This document shows positions 1 through 13,488 of a DNA stretch of 64,000 bases, in pieces; positions within the stretch are counted from its first letter, which is position 1, and each line of letters starts with the position of its first letter. Source of the DNA: Eledone cirrhosa (Eukaryota). Both the position numbers and the translations under genes were made by a program. The stretch is taken from positions 189,038,001 through 189,102,000 of the forward strand of contig OZ024742.1 in assembly GCA_964016885.1 (NCBI GenBank). The letters are read 5' to 3'. The notes under the pieces are model-generated. The model did not search any database. It saw only the letters and a list, made by a program, of their open reading frames with translations, and had not been told where the DNA came from.

Positions 1-231
1 ATGTAACCCAGTACAACCTGTCGCATGGTCGGGTTGTCGGCGACTAAACCAGCAACCCCACCAAGTCTGCTTGGTGAGGAGGGTGATTTTGGACACCGTG
101 CAGGACAAAAAACAAAACCTGACAAAGTTCGGAAGAACTCATAAGAGTCAACGGCCATCCGAAAGTATGTAAATATGTATATACACATGTACATATGTAT
201 GTATATGTACATGGGTACATGTGTATGTATA

Positions 232-515
232 TGCGCGGGGACATAGAAATAGTCGGGCTGGACACCCGATCGCGCGGTTAAACCACTGAGAGTGAAGGAA
301 CCTTAGCCTTTGTCAGGGCATTCTTCTAGGAGAAGGTAACTCAAGAAACTGGATAACTCCGATATAAAACCTGCGGCTCAGTAGTTACCGATGATGTTGA
401 TCTTTTCTTCTGTCGCTCAGAGAGTGGGATTGGTTCAGTTTACAGTCTTTCCTCACTTTAAAAAATAGTTTCACGCACGGGCATTGAACGATAGATAATT
501 AATAATTATTAATAA
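232..515 (+). mobile_element. Non-autonomous RTE-derived element, related to the 12228 family
   Basis: Shares ccttagcctttgtca..ttctaggagaagg(t/a)aactc, gatgttga, gagagtggga and ggcattg blocks with 12228-12670; ends in a TAA-rich tail. Confidence 0.55.
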
Positions 516-556
516 TGGTATAACGTGCAATGGCCATACTCAATAACGAGAGGACA

Positions 557-624
<68 letters not shown>

Positions 625-633
625 GAATACACT

Positions 634-675
<42 letters not shown>

Positions 676-1162
676 CACTCGTGTCTCTGTGTGTTTATAT
701 TAGCAGATGCTTCTCCTTAATTCCATTACTAAATGTCTCGTTTTAATAATGAAAAGTTTGCCACAGATAAGAGAACGGTAAACACTTTAATATTTGATCG
801 ATCGTACAAAGCTTGTAAGGACAATATATTCTCAAGGGGAATTCAGAAATTCAATTCCATCGCATTTCAATCAATTTAGTCAATTAACTATAAAACATGG
901 ACCAAATAATGTATAAGTTCAATTCACCTTTATCAAGGAAGAATGCCACTGGTCTTGTTTATTTCTGGTTTATATATGTAACTATTAAGGCATGTGACAT
1001 AGTGGTCAAGGTGCTTGGCATACACCCTGGCTTTCATTTAAATTTTCATAAATATATAGAAATATATATAGATAGATATATATATTGGAAAATGTTATAT
1101 CTATATAGTCCTTGATTAAATCTTAACCATTTAACATCTCAGTGTATGTTATGTATCATTAT

Positions 1163-1215
1163 ATTTTGTCTGATGAGGTCGTACTGTTGTATATCCGAAA
1201 TATGTATAATAAAAT
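1163..1215 (+). ncRNA. Minimal type I hammerhead ribozyme
   Basis: attttgt-CTGATGA-gg..gtac/gtat..cc-GAAA-TATGTA-TA-ataaaat; 7-bp stem I. Confidence 0.75.
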
Positions 1216-1425
1216 GTAATTTATCAAAAGAAAATCTATTTTATTAATACTAATATTTTAATATTAATAACTCCAGAAAATTATTTTACCGTTGAGTGCT
1301 TCCAATCTACTGTAAAACTCATTTTTTGACATAATCATTGAATATTGTTTAACACTTTAATATATATATATATATAGATGAGATTCTACAGGACTAGAAC
1401 TGTTTCATTCTTATATATATATATA

Positions 1426-1910
1426 TTCGTTTTGCAAGGTTTTGATATGAAATAGTGTGTTGAAACAAATGTTGTTTTATATTTGGGGAGGGTCATATTT
1501 TTATAATATTGCCAGAAATAATAATAAAACACACTCACTGTTTGTTTTGGATGAATTTTTGCTTCTGTATCTTTTGAAAAATGGCGTGAACATTACAATA
1601 CAACCGGAGGAAACATAATAGTACCACTGATGATGTTACAGGTGTATGATGAAAGAACTTTAATGGACTATATATATATATATATATTTATATCTGTACG
1701 TTTAACCGTTGTTCAATCAGTGAGAAACATTGATTGCCAGATATATTAACTATGTTAATAAATTTCTACATATCCCGCAACACTGACTTTGACACTTTTA
1801 AATCTATTTACACTCTACACACTAGAGCTGTAACACTGGGATACAATCCAAAAGAAATGGACCTCGTAAGAACAACGTGTTCTTCGAACGGCGTTCCGCC
1901 TGTAACTGTT
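1426..1910 (+). mobile_element. PLE family B pseudo-LTR remnant (inverted tailed arm plus sense arm with HHR-like motif at 1619-1670)
   Basis: Homologous to 28620-28720, 29780-30070 and 60845-61130; CTGATGA at 1627, GAAA at 1651. Confidence 0.7.
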
Positions 1911-1962
1911 GTTATATACACACACACACACACATATATATATGTATTATATATATATATAA

Positions 1963-2004
<42 letters not shown>

Positions 2005-2006
<2 letters not shown>

Positions 2007-2208
2007 TTTTTTATTTTTTTATTTTATAGAAGGAGCTTCTACAGGACTAGTACTGTTTCATTCAGATGAAATCTTCCTGAAGATTTCATCTGAATGAAAC
2101 AGTACTAGTCCTGTAGAAGCTCCTTCTATAAAATAAAAAAAGTTTACTCTGCCATGTATTGAGTACCTTACTTACTGTGGTTATCCCCGACTCAACCCGG
2201 GACCTACG
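2005..2208. mobile_element. Fold-back mini-element family F1 with HHR
   Basis: Perfect inverted repeat centred at gaaatcttc-ct-gaagatttc, plus tail gtattgagtacc; flanked by (TA)n; other copies at 5970-6155 and fragment 1378-1410. Confidence 0.8.
2073..2119 (+). ncRNA. Hammerhead ribozyme (F1)
   Basis: CTTC-CTGAAGA-tTTC atct GAAt-GAAA-CAG tactagtc CTG-TA-GAAG. Confidence 0.7.
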
Positions 2209-2254
2209 TATATATATATATATATATAAACACACACACACAGATATATATATA

Positions 2255-2915
2255 TGGGATAACAAGTTATCGTTATAGGTAATCCAGTTAGATGCTGTGA
2301 GTACTCTATACTGTGGATAGTTTTAACGTACGGCGTTATTTGACGCATCAAGAAGTTTCCTTGGTTAGGTAGCGAGTTTGCGAAAATTCCCATGCAGGTC
2401 ATTCTTGGAGTAATAGTAGTGAAAGAGTGAAGAATGACATGGTCGGCTGTATAAAAAGGGTTTTATTTATCGTATTAACAATTGTTTCATTGATCAGGTG
2501 AGTCTAAAGGCCGCTAATCACTCGATATTAAATGCAGTGTGTGTCTCTGATCAAATCATCGGAATACTGGAGGGAGTAACACATGGCATTGGTATTTATA
2601 GATACATAGATATAAATGAACAATAAAAACAATGATCAATCTCTTTCAATAGAGCTTATTTAGTATAAATTAAGTTTCATACGCTTAACATTTATGGGTG
2701 ACCATTCGTTTTAGGGCCCCGCTATCACTATCATTGTATAGTGGAGGAGGCTCTTTCCAACTGATCCTTCATAGAACACTTGGTATTTTTGTCTGAGTGC
2801 CCGAAGAGGGGTCAGTTTGAAAGAGCTTCCTCCAATATACAGAGCTGGTCATAACTATACCCCGAAGTCAATGGTCCACATACATGTTAAGTGTATGAAA
2901 CATACTTTATACTAT
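2255..2915 (-). mobile_element. PLE pseudo-LTR relative of family A
   Basis: 2311-2488 aligns by eye with 15875-16013 (aacgtacgg, tcttgg, aaaaagg.ttttat); carries HHR at 2472-2567. Confidence 0.6.
2472..2567 (-). ncRNA. HHR variant with extended stem II (U4C)
   Basis: Minus strand: gtatt-CCGATGA-tTTGATCAG...CTGATCAAt-GAAA-CAATTG-TT-aatac. Confidence 0.65.
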
Positions 2916-3111
2916 ATGTACATAGTTGATCGTTGAACCGATGTCATATATATGTATAAAGAGAGATGTATGTAAGATCCCCAACACGACGTCAAGCGGT
3001 TTCAGCTTCTGTGTTCAGGCGAAAATGTACATAGTTTTACGCCCACTCTGCATCTCCACATGCATTGAGTATTCCCATGATTAGTGGTCTCTTCGGTCTC
3101 AGCACCGCAGA

Positions 3112-3142
<31 letters not shown>

Positions 3143-3307
3143 ACACACACACAAACACACACACATATATACATATATATATTCAGGTTTGAGGTTCACC
3201 ACTGGATAGAGCTGGTCAATTCCGTATGGTCAATCGCAATGTAATAATATAGAGAGTACTCAACGTAATGCAGTTCAACCGTCTTTGTTTTTGTAATTGG
3301 TGGTGCT

Positions 3308-3378
<71 letters not shown>

Positions 3379-3385
3379 ATATATA

Positions 3386-3575
3386 TAATTGTTTCTACTT
3401 TTGGCACACGGCCAGCAATTACCCAGTGCATTATTGGTACTTTATTTTTTCGACCCCGTAAGGATGAAAGGCAAAGTTAACCTCGGCGGGATTTGAACTC
3501 AGAATGGCAAGGACCGTAACTCTATGCGTCAAAGCATGGCGTCCGACCCTCTACCGATACTGCCAATCCACCACC
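3386..3575 (-). mobile_element. tRNA-derived Meta-domain SINE (short variant)
   Basis: A box tggcagtatcgg, B box gagttcaaatcc, gcctttcatccttacggggtcga core, gaaacaattat tail. Confidence 0.9.
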
Positions 3576-3585
3576 TATATATATA

Positions 3586-3806
3586 TAATGATTTCTAGTA
3601 TAGGCACAAGGCCAGTAATTTGGGGTGGAGGAGAAAGTCGATTAAATCGACCCTAGTACGTTACTGGTACTTTATTTTATCGACCCCGTAAGTATGAAAG
3701 GCAAATTTAACCTCGGCGGAATTTGAACTCAGACGTAAAGGACCGTAACTCTATGCTGCAAAGCATGGTGTCCAACTCTCTACCGATACTGTCAATCCAC
3801 CGGCCC
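3586..3806 (-). mobile_element. tRNA-derived Meta-domain SINE (long variant)
   Basis: Same head and core plus gtcgatttaatcgac hairpin insert. Confidence 0.9.
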
Positions 3807-4612
3807 GCATGTATATACAATATATAATGAAACTATATATATATACACACATATATTCTATATACATACGGTCACTATTTCATATGTGAAATGAAGTTTC
3901 GTAGCCTTCTGTTAAATAAAAATAATGAACCAGTCATGTACTGGGAATGGGTATTCGACTTTCTCATTATTCAAAATTGCAGGCCTTGTTCCTAAACTAG
4001 AAACTATGTTTTAGTCATAGATATTTACATTTTTTTAAATTCAACAATTATGTAACCTGAATTTCTATCTTTATTCTTATGATCTATCAATTTTATGTTA
4101 AAATGTAAACTTCAACAGAAACTAATGCTTTCTTGAAAAAGTTCTTGACATCAGAAATCAATATAATAAACCGAGCTAAGTTAATGCAAGAGGAAATATT
4201 TTACCGTTTCTCTGAATTATTTATGTTTTGTTCCATCATCTTGGAGACAAGCATTCTTTTTCTTTTCATATTGTTGCTTTTTTAAATGTTGCTATTAGTT
4301 CATAAATCTCATTCGACAAACACCTACACACACATACGCACACACAAAACATACACACATGCACATATGCACACATAACAACATACACACACATATAAAC
4401 ACATAGACATGCATAGAGAGAGTAGATTTGAATTTGCGTGCAAGTACGATCTACATTTTTATTTTACTAAATTCAACTGTGTATTCAATTGAATTCAGGA
4501 CAGTTCCTGATTGTTCATACTTATTAGCACAAATACATCTATAAACTAACAACCGATGAATAGAGATATAATCCTGCATACACACACACGCACACACGCA
4601 CACACACACACA

Positions 4613-4647
<35 letters not shown>

Positions 4648-4747
4648 GCGCACACACAAACACGCGTACACTGATGCATCTTTGCATGCGTTTGTATATA
4701 TATATAAATATATATATATATAAATGCATACATACATACATAAATAC

Positions 4748-4780
<33 letters not shown>

Positions 4781-4834
4781 AATTAATAAAAATAATGAAT
4801 AAAAACAAGAACAACTTCCTTATATTAAAAAATT

Positions 4835-4970
4835 CATCATTTTACGATCGTTTCTAGGATATATATGTGTGTTGGTATGTATATCATATAGATCTATGTA
4901 AGAATATCTTTAAAACTATCAGAGGAAATATACATACCTTCACATATATATGCTGTCTTCAGAAATAATG
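4835..4970 (-). ncRNA. HHR with ~100-nt stem II, within PLE-like pLTR 4780-5720
   Basis: Minus strand: cattattt-CTGAAGA-cagcATATATATGTG...CACATATATATccta-GAAA-CGATCG-TA-aaatgatg; 8-bp stem I. Confidence 0.75.
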
Positions 4971-5647
4971 ATATTTGTTTATTGAAAAAACCAACAAAGA
5001 TTTAATATAATAGGTCTGTTTGGGGACAGGTTTTGAATTGACCAATAGAAAAGTAGTAAGAGGTCAAGTTGATAGAATAGTAGTAGTAGAAATTTAATTT
5101 AGGGGTAGAGGAATGCAGACTTAAGTTTTGAATGGAAAGAATACTTTGAATTAAAAGAATACTTTGGAGATGAAAAGAGGTCAAGTTGGTGAAGGGTACA
5201 CGAAAGGTTGATGCTATTAAAGAATAATGTTAATGTTAAAACCGAAGAAGAATAAAATTTTAGGGTAAAGGTGTTAGTGAGAAATACCAATCTTATTTAA
5301 AACACAAGGAATTTAGATCTATAACAAGAAATTAAATTAATTGATAGGTATACTTATAGGGATAAATTTATATTAATTCATATGGATGTGATGAATAAGA
5401 ATTAGATGTTATTAAAGAAAGTTGTTAAAAACGAAGGAAAATAAAATTTGGGGATAAATGTAGTAGTGAGAAATACCAATCTTATATAGACTACAAGGAA
5501 TCTAGATTCATAACAGGAAATAAAATTAATTTATATGTATACTTTTAGGTATTAATTTTAGGAAAAGAGAGCTGTAAAAGGGAAATAAAATTATGAAGTT
5601 CTCTAGTAAAGTACTAATTATAGGCTAACTAAATAAAAAAAAAACTA

Positions 5648-5715
5648 ATTATAATAATATGTAAATTATAAGTGTAAGGTGTATATTAACTAGGTTTATA
5701 ATATATGAAGTTTTC

Positions 5716-5753
<38 letters not shown>

Positions 5754-5820
5754 AAATTTCATATATTATAAACCTAATTAATATACACCTTACACTTATA
5801 TTTTACATATTATTATAATT
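5648..5820. repeat. Inverted repeat centred on (TA)n(GA)n
   Basis: 5648-5716 is the near reverse complement of 5751-5820. Confidence 0.8.
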
Positions 5821-5853
5821 AGATTTTTTATATATATGTATGTATGTATGCAT

Positions 5854-5951
<98 letters not shown>

Positions 5952-5969
5952 ATATATATAGAGAGAGAG

Positions 5970-6155
5970 AGAAATGGCTTCTACAGGACTAGAACTGTTT
6001 CATTCGAAGGAAATCATTAGGATAGCAGCTGATGATTTCCTTCGAATAAAACAGTTCTAGTCCTGTAAAAGCCATTTGTATATTAAATATTTATATTCAG
6101 CTATGTATTGAGTACCTTACTTACTGTGGTTACCCCCGATTGAACCCGGGATACA
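5970..6155. mobile_element. Fold-back mini-element F1, second copy (both HHR cores mutated)
   Basis: Inverted arms; CTAATGA on minus arm, GAAA->AAAA on plus arm; same tail as 2140-2208. Confidence 0.8.
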
Positions 6156-6158
6156 CAT

Positions 6159-6221
<63 letters not shown>

Positions 6222-6319
6222 CATTATTCCTTGTATGAAATCATCATAAATATACACATGCAAAGTTGCGTGGATGTATGTTTGTATTTGTGTGTGTATG
6301 TATGCGTGTGTGTATGCAT

Positions 6320-6361
<42 letters not shown>

Positions 6362-6362
6362 T

Positions 6363-6462
<100 letters not shown>

Positions 6463-6797
6463 ATTAGTAGTTAGTTAATAGTTATATTTCTGTTACTATG
6501 GAGCTGTCACTTCAAAATCCACTTCAACTTCATGGTACATGATTTCTCTCTGGGCTTTTGTTACCCATTCGGTCGGAAAAAGACAGTCGCCCTCTTGACA
6601 CATTCTTTGATCCAGTGTGACATCCCAGATATTACAGCTAGAACAGTCTTTCTGTCTATGATTAAATAGCAAAGAAAAAAAATTGTAAATAATAAAAATA
6701 CAGCGTAGAAGATATGAATATTCTTAAGTATAATTTTGCACCAAAACAACACATAAGCTTAAACACACACATATACACTCACGCATATACATACATT

Positions 6798-6831
<34 letters not shown>

Positions 6832-6854
6832 ATATACATATCATATATATATAT

Positions 6855-6937
<83 letters not shown>

Positions 6938-6973
6938 GAATGATTATATATATATATATATATATATATATGG

Positions 6974-7004
<31 letters not shown>

Positions 7005-7187
7005 CATTGAAGACGTAGAATCCTATGCACGAGCCTTGCTTGTTCTCTGTAGCTTCCTCAAGAGTACCCTTGAGAAATGAAGATTGAGAAAGGAAGCTTT
7101 AACCTCAGTACACGTTGTCGAAATTCTGTTTCTTCAATATACTTTGAATCTCATCATGCATAGATTCCTACGCTCCATATACACACA

Positions 7188-7220
<33 letters not shown>

Positions 7221-7231
7221 AAATATATATA

Positions 7232-7267
<36 letters not shown>

Positions 7268-7273
<6 letters not shown>

Positions 7274-7368
7274 GAATGAAGGAAATGTGGTAAGGAACCA
7301 GGTGCACCATAACGCACCAGAATACTCGATACTTAGGGTAGTAGAGTGGGTAATGGGGAAAGAGTCCT
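7268..7368 (-). mobile_element. Solo tail of family F3
   Basis: Reverse complement of the 33810-33900 / 46005-46100 tail, between (TA)n tracts. Confidence 0.8.
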
Positions 7369-7408
7369 ATATATATATGTGTATATATATATGTGTGGGT
7401 GTATGTAT

Positions 7409-7459
<51 letters not shown>

Positions 7460-7493
7460 TGTGTGTATGTGTGTGTGTATGTATGAGTGTGTG

Positions 7494-7564
<71 letters not shown>

Positions 7565-9075
7565 TAGGATTGTGTGTCATTTCGATCTGGAATTTTTATG
7601 CAAGACATCCTCCCTTCTTGGTTATATGTTTACTATGTTATCATAGATAAAAGGGATGGTAGGATCCGTCATCCTTGTTCGTGAGATTGGTGGGCGGAGG
7701 GGAGAAAATATATTAGCAACTTGAGCATTGACCTTCAGCCTTACAATACATTGTCCTATGTTAAATGCCTCCAAGCAGCGGATCAATTCGACCACATTGA
7801 TAATTGAACTCTGAACCGCAAAACCCGGGTGAGATGTTGCAATACATTTTATCCCACCTTACTTAAAAAATTTCGACAGTCCACCAAACCAGCCTTGACA
7901 GGTTCTTTTTCTTTTTATCAACCACGAACCATTAAAACGCAAATGTAATCTCCGCCGTGGATTTGAACTCAGAACGCTGGGTGTTGGAACATACAGAGCA
8001 ATGTATATTTCCTACGTCCCATTGCCATCCAATTGTGTAGCTTCATTTTGTATTTAGGTTATAGCTTTAACAAATCAATGAATGTTAACGTTTATAAAAG
8101 GTCTCTATGGGTAAACTGTCAGGCGTACAAGTACATACATGCGTATAAATGCACATGTGTGTCTATATATACATATATTTTGAGTAAATTGTGTGTATAT
8201 ACATATATTTTGAGTAAATTGTGTATATATATATATATATATTGAGTAAATTGTGTGTATATATATATATTTTGAATAAATTGTGTGTACAAACACATAT
8301 GTATATATTTACTCTTTAGGAAACTTGCTGTCTAGTTGAAGCATCAATGATCTACTTCTCGTTCTTCAAACCTTCTTTCGACTGACAACTTCTCAACTAG
8401 AAATCATCTCCCTTGAATCATGTATCACTGTTTGTTTGTTTGTATTTTACCCGGCGATTAAAGTAATTTTATGACATCTGATATCAATAAAGATTGAGAT
8501 CGTGTCAGCTGTAAGACCTCCTGCTACAACAGCCCAGATTTCTTCCTCTTACCAGCAGTAATCAACTAAATTAGAAGATATATAAGATATATATATGAAA
8601 TCCTTCTATCAAATTATGTTTGGTGGAACGCCACCAACTTCCAACAAGCATTCTATCTAATGTAGTCTCATTCTACCTCCTGCTTTTGTTATCGCTATCG
8701 TACTTTACTTTCTCTAGATTATTTATTTAATCAATTTAAACATCAGTATAGAGCTAGTAAGCCATGATAGACTCGGGGAAGATTTGAATACTCCATACAG
8801 TTGGTAATGAAAATGATCTAATGAAATCATTAATAAAATGTAATTAGAAAGAAAAGAAAAACAGAAAAATAAATAAAGATTACACTTTCAAATATTTAAG
8901 GCCAATTGGAGGCAGATTATTCAAGAGAAAACGAAAAAGAAAAGGAAAATACGAAACAAGGGATGCTGTAAAACAGCTACAAGTTTCTGTTGTTGAATAT
9001 TTTCGTAGCTTCATGTATTCAAAGATTTTGTTCATATTTGGTAGACCTGTAACCATATTATTATGTCAGATCACA

Positions 9076-9258
9076 GTGGATTGGCAGTAGCGGTAGAAGG
9101 TCGGACGCCATACTTTGCAGCATAGAATTACGGCCCTTTATGATGTAAGTTCAAATCTCACCGAGGTTAACTTTGCTTTGCGACGTCGATAAAATAAAGT
9201 ACCAGTAATGCACTGGAGTAATTTGCTGGCCCTATGCCAAAAGGTAGAAACAATTATT
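9076..9258 (+). mobile_element. tRNA/Meta SINE with target-site duplication
   Basis: A/B boxes; attattatgtcagatcaca duplicated at 9057-9075 and 9253-9271. Confidence 0.9.
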
Positions 9259-9654
9259 ATGTCAGATCACACCACAGTATAATTCTACATAGACTTACAT
9301 TCCAATTTCTCGGCTGCACACATCCCAGTGTCCTTTATTTTATATCCTTTGGTAACTACTTGTAATAGACAGACATGTGGAGAGGAATATATATGTATAT
9401 ATAAGAATAAGTGTACGTGTGTGCGTATATGCATTCATGTGTGTACGTGGTTGTGTAAATGTATGTGTATGCTATTTCTGCGGATAATTTTATACCTGCA
9501 ATTCTTTCAGTCAGTCACTGTACATAAACTAATACTCGTTTTATCGATTTGTGTTAATATAATGACTGGCAATACCTTCTTATAGACGAGAATGTTTAAA
9601 GTCAGAGCTAACATCTTTAAATGTATATATGTGTGTGTGTGTGTGTGTGTAGAA

Positions 9655-9840
9655 TAATTGTTTCTACTTTTGGCACTAGGCCAGCAATTACCCAGTGCAT
9701 TACTGGTACTTTATTTTATCGACCTCGTAAGGATGAAAGGTAAAGTTAACCTCGGGGGGATTTGAACTCAGATCAATCAGGTAGGTAAATGTATGCTTCA
9801 AAGCATGGCGTCTGATCCTCTACCGATACTGCCAATCCAA
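9655..9840 (-). mobile_element. tRNA/Meta SINE
   Basis: Matches family consensus. Confidence 0.85.
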
Positions 9841-9873
9841 AGACTGACGTCAGTGGTAGGTAGTCAACTAATT

Positions 9874-10007
9874 CATTGTTTTCCGATCGTTTCAGTGGTT
9901 GGATTTCTCGTGGAAGATCGATGTATCGGCTAACATTGTAGTGGTTACGTTACTACCTAATCCTAGTCTCGAAATTCCTGCTCGATCTACCGACTCCTTC
10001 AGAGACA

Positions 10008-10010
<3 letters not shown>
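9874..10010 (-). ncRNA. Degenerate HHR with long stem II
   Basis: Minus strand: CTGAAGG-agt...act-GAAA-CGATCG-GA; A9 and cleavage site mutated. Confidence 0.45.
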
Positions 10011-10043
<33 letters not shown>

Positions 10044-10197
10044 AGTGTATGTGTGTGGGGGTGTATATATCTACATATGTATATATATATATAGAGAGAG
10101 AGAGGGGGATATATATATATATATAGAGAGAGAGATAATTTAATATATCAACTAACATAAGCGCACAGATGCACGCCCATGCCAGCAAATACACAGG

Positions 10198-10279
<82 letters not shown>

Positions 10280-11026
10280 CTATAGAGAGAAATAAAATGG
10301 TATAAATATAGAAAGAGGAAGAGAGAGTGCGGTGGAAAGAAGATAGTGATGCTAAAATATGGAAAATAATAATCATATTTTCATACATATATTTGTTCTG
10401 GGGTTTTTTAACTCACATTTCCATCATTCTATAACGAAAACATTCCAATTTCGATTTTTTTCTTCTAAAGGAATTTTTTATTCTTAATATATCTCTTTAT
10501 ATTTCTCTGCTATCTAGTCTATTTATATATTTGTTTACGTATATCTAATTCTGATATTTTCAGAGACAAATTACGTGGAATGTTTTTTATATATTTACTC
10601 TTATTTTTCCCTCTTCAGCCATTCATATTTGAACGTAAATAATACGTCTTCCATATTTTATAGACGAATTTCACAATTACCATAGCAAGATATTTCTATC
10701 AGCTGAACTTCAAAGCAAAAGAATTAGCTTTAATGTTGTATGGGTTTTTGGCGAAATATCAATATAACTATGAACTTTAACCCCATTTTACGTGTTACAA
10801 ATTAAATAATGATGCTAATGATTTGCAAGGCACAAATACAAAATATAAGCATACACTGGCTGGGGAAATGCAAGTGGTCGTGTAAATATTAAATTATATA
10901 AACAATAACTTACAAAATACTAACAATGAAGAAAACGTACCAAATGGGAAGAAAGCCCTCGAAACATGATTCTCTCTCTCTCTCCCTCTCTCTCTCTCTC
11001 TATCCCCCCTCTCTCTCTCTCTCTGC

Positions 11027-11064
<38 letters not shown>

Positions 11065-11449
11065 CTGATTCTTTTTTTCAAATACCACTTTGGAAGAAGA
11101 ATCAGGATGGAGAGAGAGGTGCTGTACCCCAGCAAGTTTTATGAAAGGTGGGTGAAAGTGGCGAGAATGGCCCGAGTGAATGGGCCTTCTCTATATATAT
11201 GAGGAAAAGGAGGAGGAGAAGAAAGGAGTACAAACTCTTCGTACTCCTGGAGATGAGGGTTGCACATTTTTTCGGGGGTATGTGTTACCCATATGAACTG
11301 TCTCCCCCTATTGGGGAAAATCGACTAATTTTTTTAAATTGCATTTGTGATAACATTTTACGCGTTTTTATTGTATGTGAACTTCCCCCTTTGTATTTGT
11401 CCCCTTCTTTTGTGCCCCTGTGGCTAATAAAGAAACATATCTATCTATC

Positions 11450-11510
11450 TATCTCTATCTTTTCTCCATATCTCTCTCCCTCTCTCTCTCTATCTATCTA
11501 TCTATCCCCA

Positions 11511-11576
<66 letters not shown>

Positions 11577-11710
11577 TCTCTCACTCTCTCTCTCTCTCTC
11601 ACGGCTATGACCTTCCGGTTACAAACGCATACACTGAATAGGCGCAACTTTTTGGCACCTTTCTAGAAAATTACTTCCTGTACACTTCACCTTCCTTTCC
11701 GAGTGTAAGT
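11450..11710 (+). promoter_or_regulatory. Possible promoter/first exon ending at a 5' splice site
   Basis: Long (CT)n tract, ETS-like CTTCCGG and ACTTCCTG, unique sequence, GTAAGT at 11705-11710. Confidence 0.25.
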
Positions 11711-12166
11711 TGAAAACGTTGATGAGGCTTAGCCGAAGAGAAATGTGTCTATCTTCACACTTTTCAGTCACGTCCACCACATAATCACTTTCGCGATAGA
11801 AAACAAACAGAAGGAAGCTTCCTGGTCGAAAGAAAGTGGTGGGGCGATATTTCATATAAATTCTGATGATAGCCAGATCCATTCCACTGGCGACTACAGC
11901 TGTTCGACAACTCTCCACAGCTCAGCAATATTCGAGTACTCAACAAGTAGAAGAACAGTTTTGTCTCTCTGTACACATCCAGATCAAACTCGACTGGCGA
12001 TAATTCTATACCTATGGTATTTGCCTTAAACCAGCAGTGTTTCCTTGCAGCTACTGGCTGTCTGTGTATGTGCATGCGATTGTGTGTATGTATGTTCTTC
12101 TGATTTTGTAATTTTATAATTGTTTACCAATAGAGAGTCGGTTTCTAACATAGACATCAAACTCTC

Positions 12167-12198
<32 letters not shown>

Positions 12199-12227
12199 TG
12201 TATGTATGTATGTATGTATGTATGTAT

Positions 12228-12670
12228 GAGAGATGACCCCTTAGCCCCGGGAGAGATGACCCCTTAGCCTTTGTCAAGGCAGAATTCTAGGAGAAGGAAA
12301 ACTCTGATATAACACCTGCAACCCTGATGGTATCCAATGATGTTGACTTGTTCTTCTTTTTGGTAAATATCATCTTGGTTAAGAGAGTGGGACTGGCTTT
12401 GTGCAGTGCCTTTGCTCACTATAAAACCTTCACGGCACAGGCATTGCTTTATATCTGGAGATCTCTCTGCACTTGTCGTCACATGGTACCAGCACTGTGT
12501 GTCAATAATTGTCACAAGTGTAGTGTTTGTACCAGAGTTTTCAAGTCGCTGGCTGGATTAAAAAGTCACACTCGTTCAGCGCATCGGTAGGGGTTCTCCT
12601 ACATGGATATAAAGTAGTGGCCGTACTCGAAAACGAGTTGGCAGCCACCACCATGTATGTATGTATGTAT
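12228..12670 (+). mobile_element. Bipartite non-autonomous RTE derivative, copy 1
   Basis: RTE-type 5' UTR motif ctaggagaaggaaaactctga joined to ORF C-terminus CSVCTRVFKSLAGLKSHTRSAHR* (C2H2) and a (TATG)n tail. Confidence 0.75.
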
Positions 12671-13120
12671 GAGAGATGACTCCTTAGCCCCGGGAGAGAT
12701 GACCCCTTAGCCTTTGTCAAGGCAGAATTCTAGGAGAAGGAAAACTCTGATATAACACCTGCAACCCTGATGGTATCCAATGATGTTGACTTGTTCTTCT
12801 TTTTGGTAAATATCGTCTTGGTTAAGAGAGTGGGACTGGCTTTGTGCAGTGCCTTTGCTCACTATAAAACCTTCACGGCACAGGCATTGCTTTATATCTG
12901 GAGATCTCTCTGCACTTGTCACATGGTACCAAGGGCCCAGCACTATGTGTCAATAATTGTCACAAGTGTATTGTTTGTACCAGAGTTTTCAAGTCGCTGA
13001 CTGGACTAAAAAGTCACACTCGTTCAGCGCATCGGTAGGGGTTCTCCTACATGGATATAAAGTAGTGGCCGTACTTGAAAACGAGTTGGCAGCCACCATG
13101 TATGTATGTATGTATGTATG
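12671..13120 (+). mobile_element. Bipartite non-autonomous RTE derivative, tandem copy 2
   Basis: Near-identical head-to-tail copy of 12228-12670. Confidence 0.75.
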
Positions 13121-13450
13121 TGTATGTATGAATGTATCTAGGTGTCTGTGTCTGTCTCTGTGTGTCTCTATGTGTGCGTGTATATGTGTTTGTGTGTGGG
13201 TGGGTGTGTCTGTCTGTCTGTCTGTGTTGTGTATGCGTGTGTGATTTGTCTATGGTATTATATGGTTTAGAATGGTTCAATACCTTCTAAACCAAATCAC
13301 CTGAACAGAGGTTACAACACAGCTTTAAATTATCAATATGCTGTTCCTCTCTAAATATTTCACAATTGTGGAATTGTATACATGTATAGTCATTATATAC
13401 TAAGTAATATATATTTCTATTTTTTTTATATAAAATGTACACGAATACTT

Positions 13451-13488
13451 TAATAACATTTTGCTTTTTTTATCTCTTTCAGGTAAGT
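13451..13488 (+). promoter_or_regulatory. Candidate recursive splice site (CAG|GTAAGT)
   Basis: Branch-like TAATAAC, long pyrimidine tract, AG at 13481-13482 directly followed by perfect GTAAGT. Confidence 0.6.

Noticed and set aside
2188-2198. cgactcaacc match between the F1 tail and the minisatellite unit
   Set aside because: Only 10 bp, with no flanking similarity
11860-11910. HHR-like CTGATGA..GCCAG/CTGGC..CAGCTG
   Set aside because: GAAA replaced by GACTA and no stem I
12327-12590. Host C2H2 zinc-finger gene
   Set aside because: Single finger inside a repeated element; other copies are frameshifted
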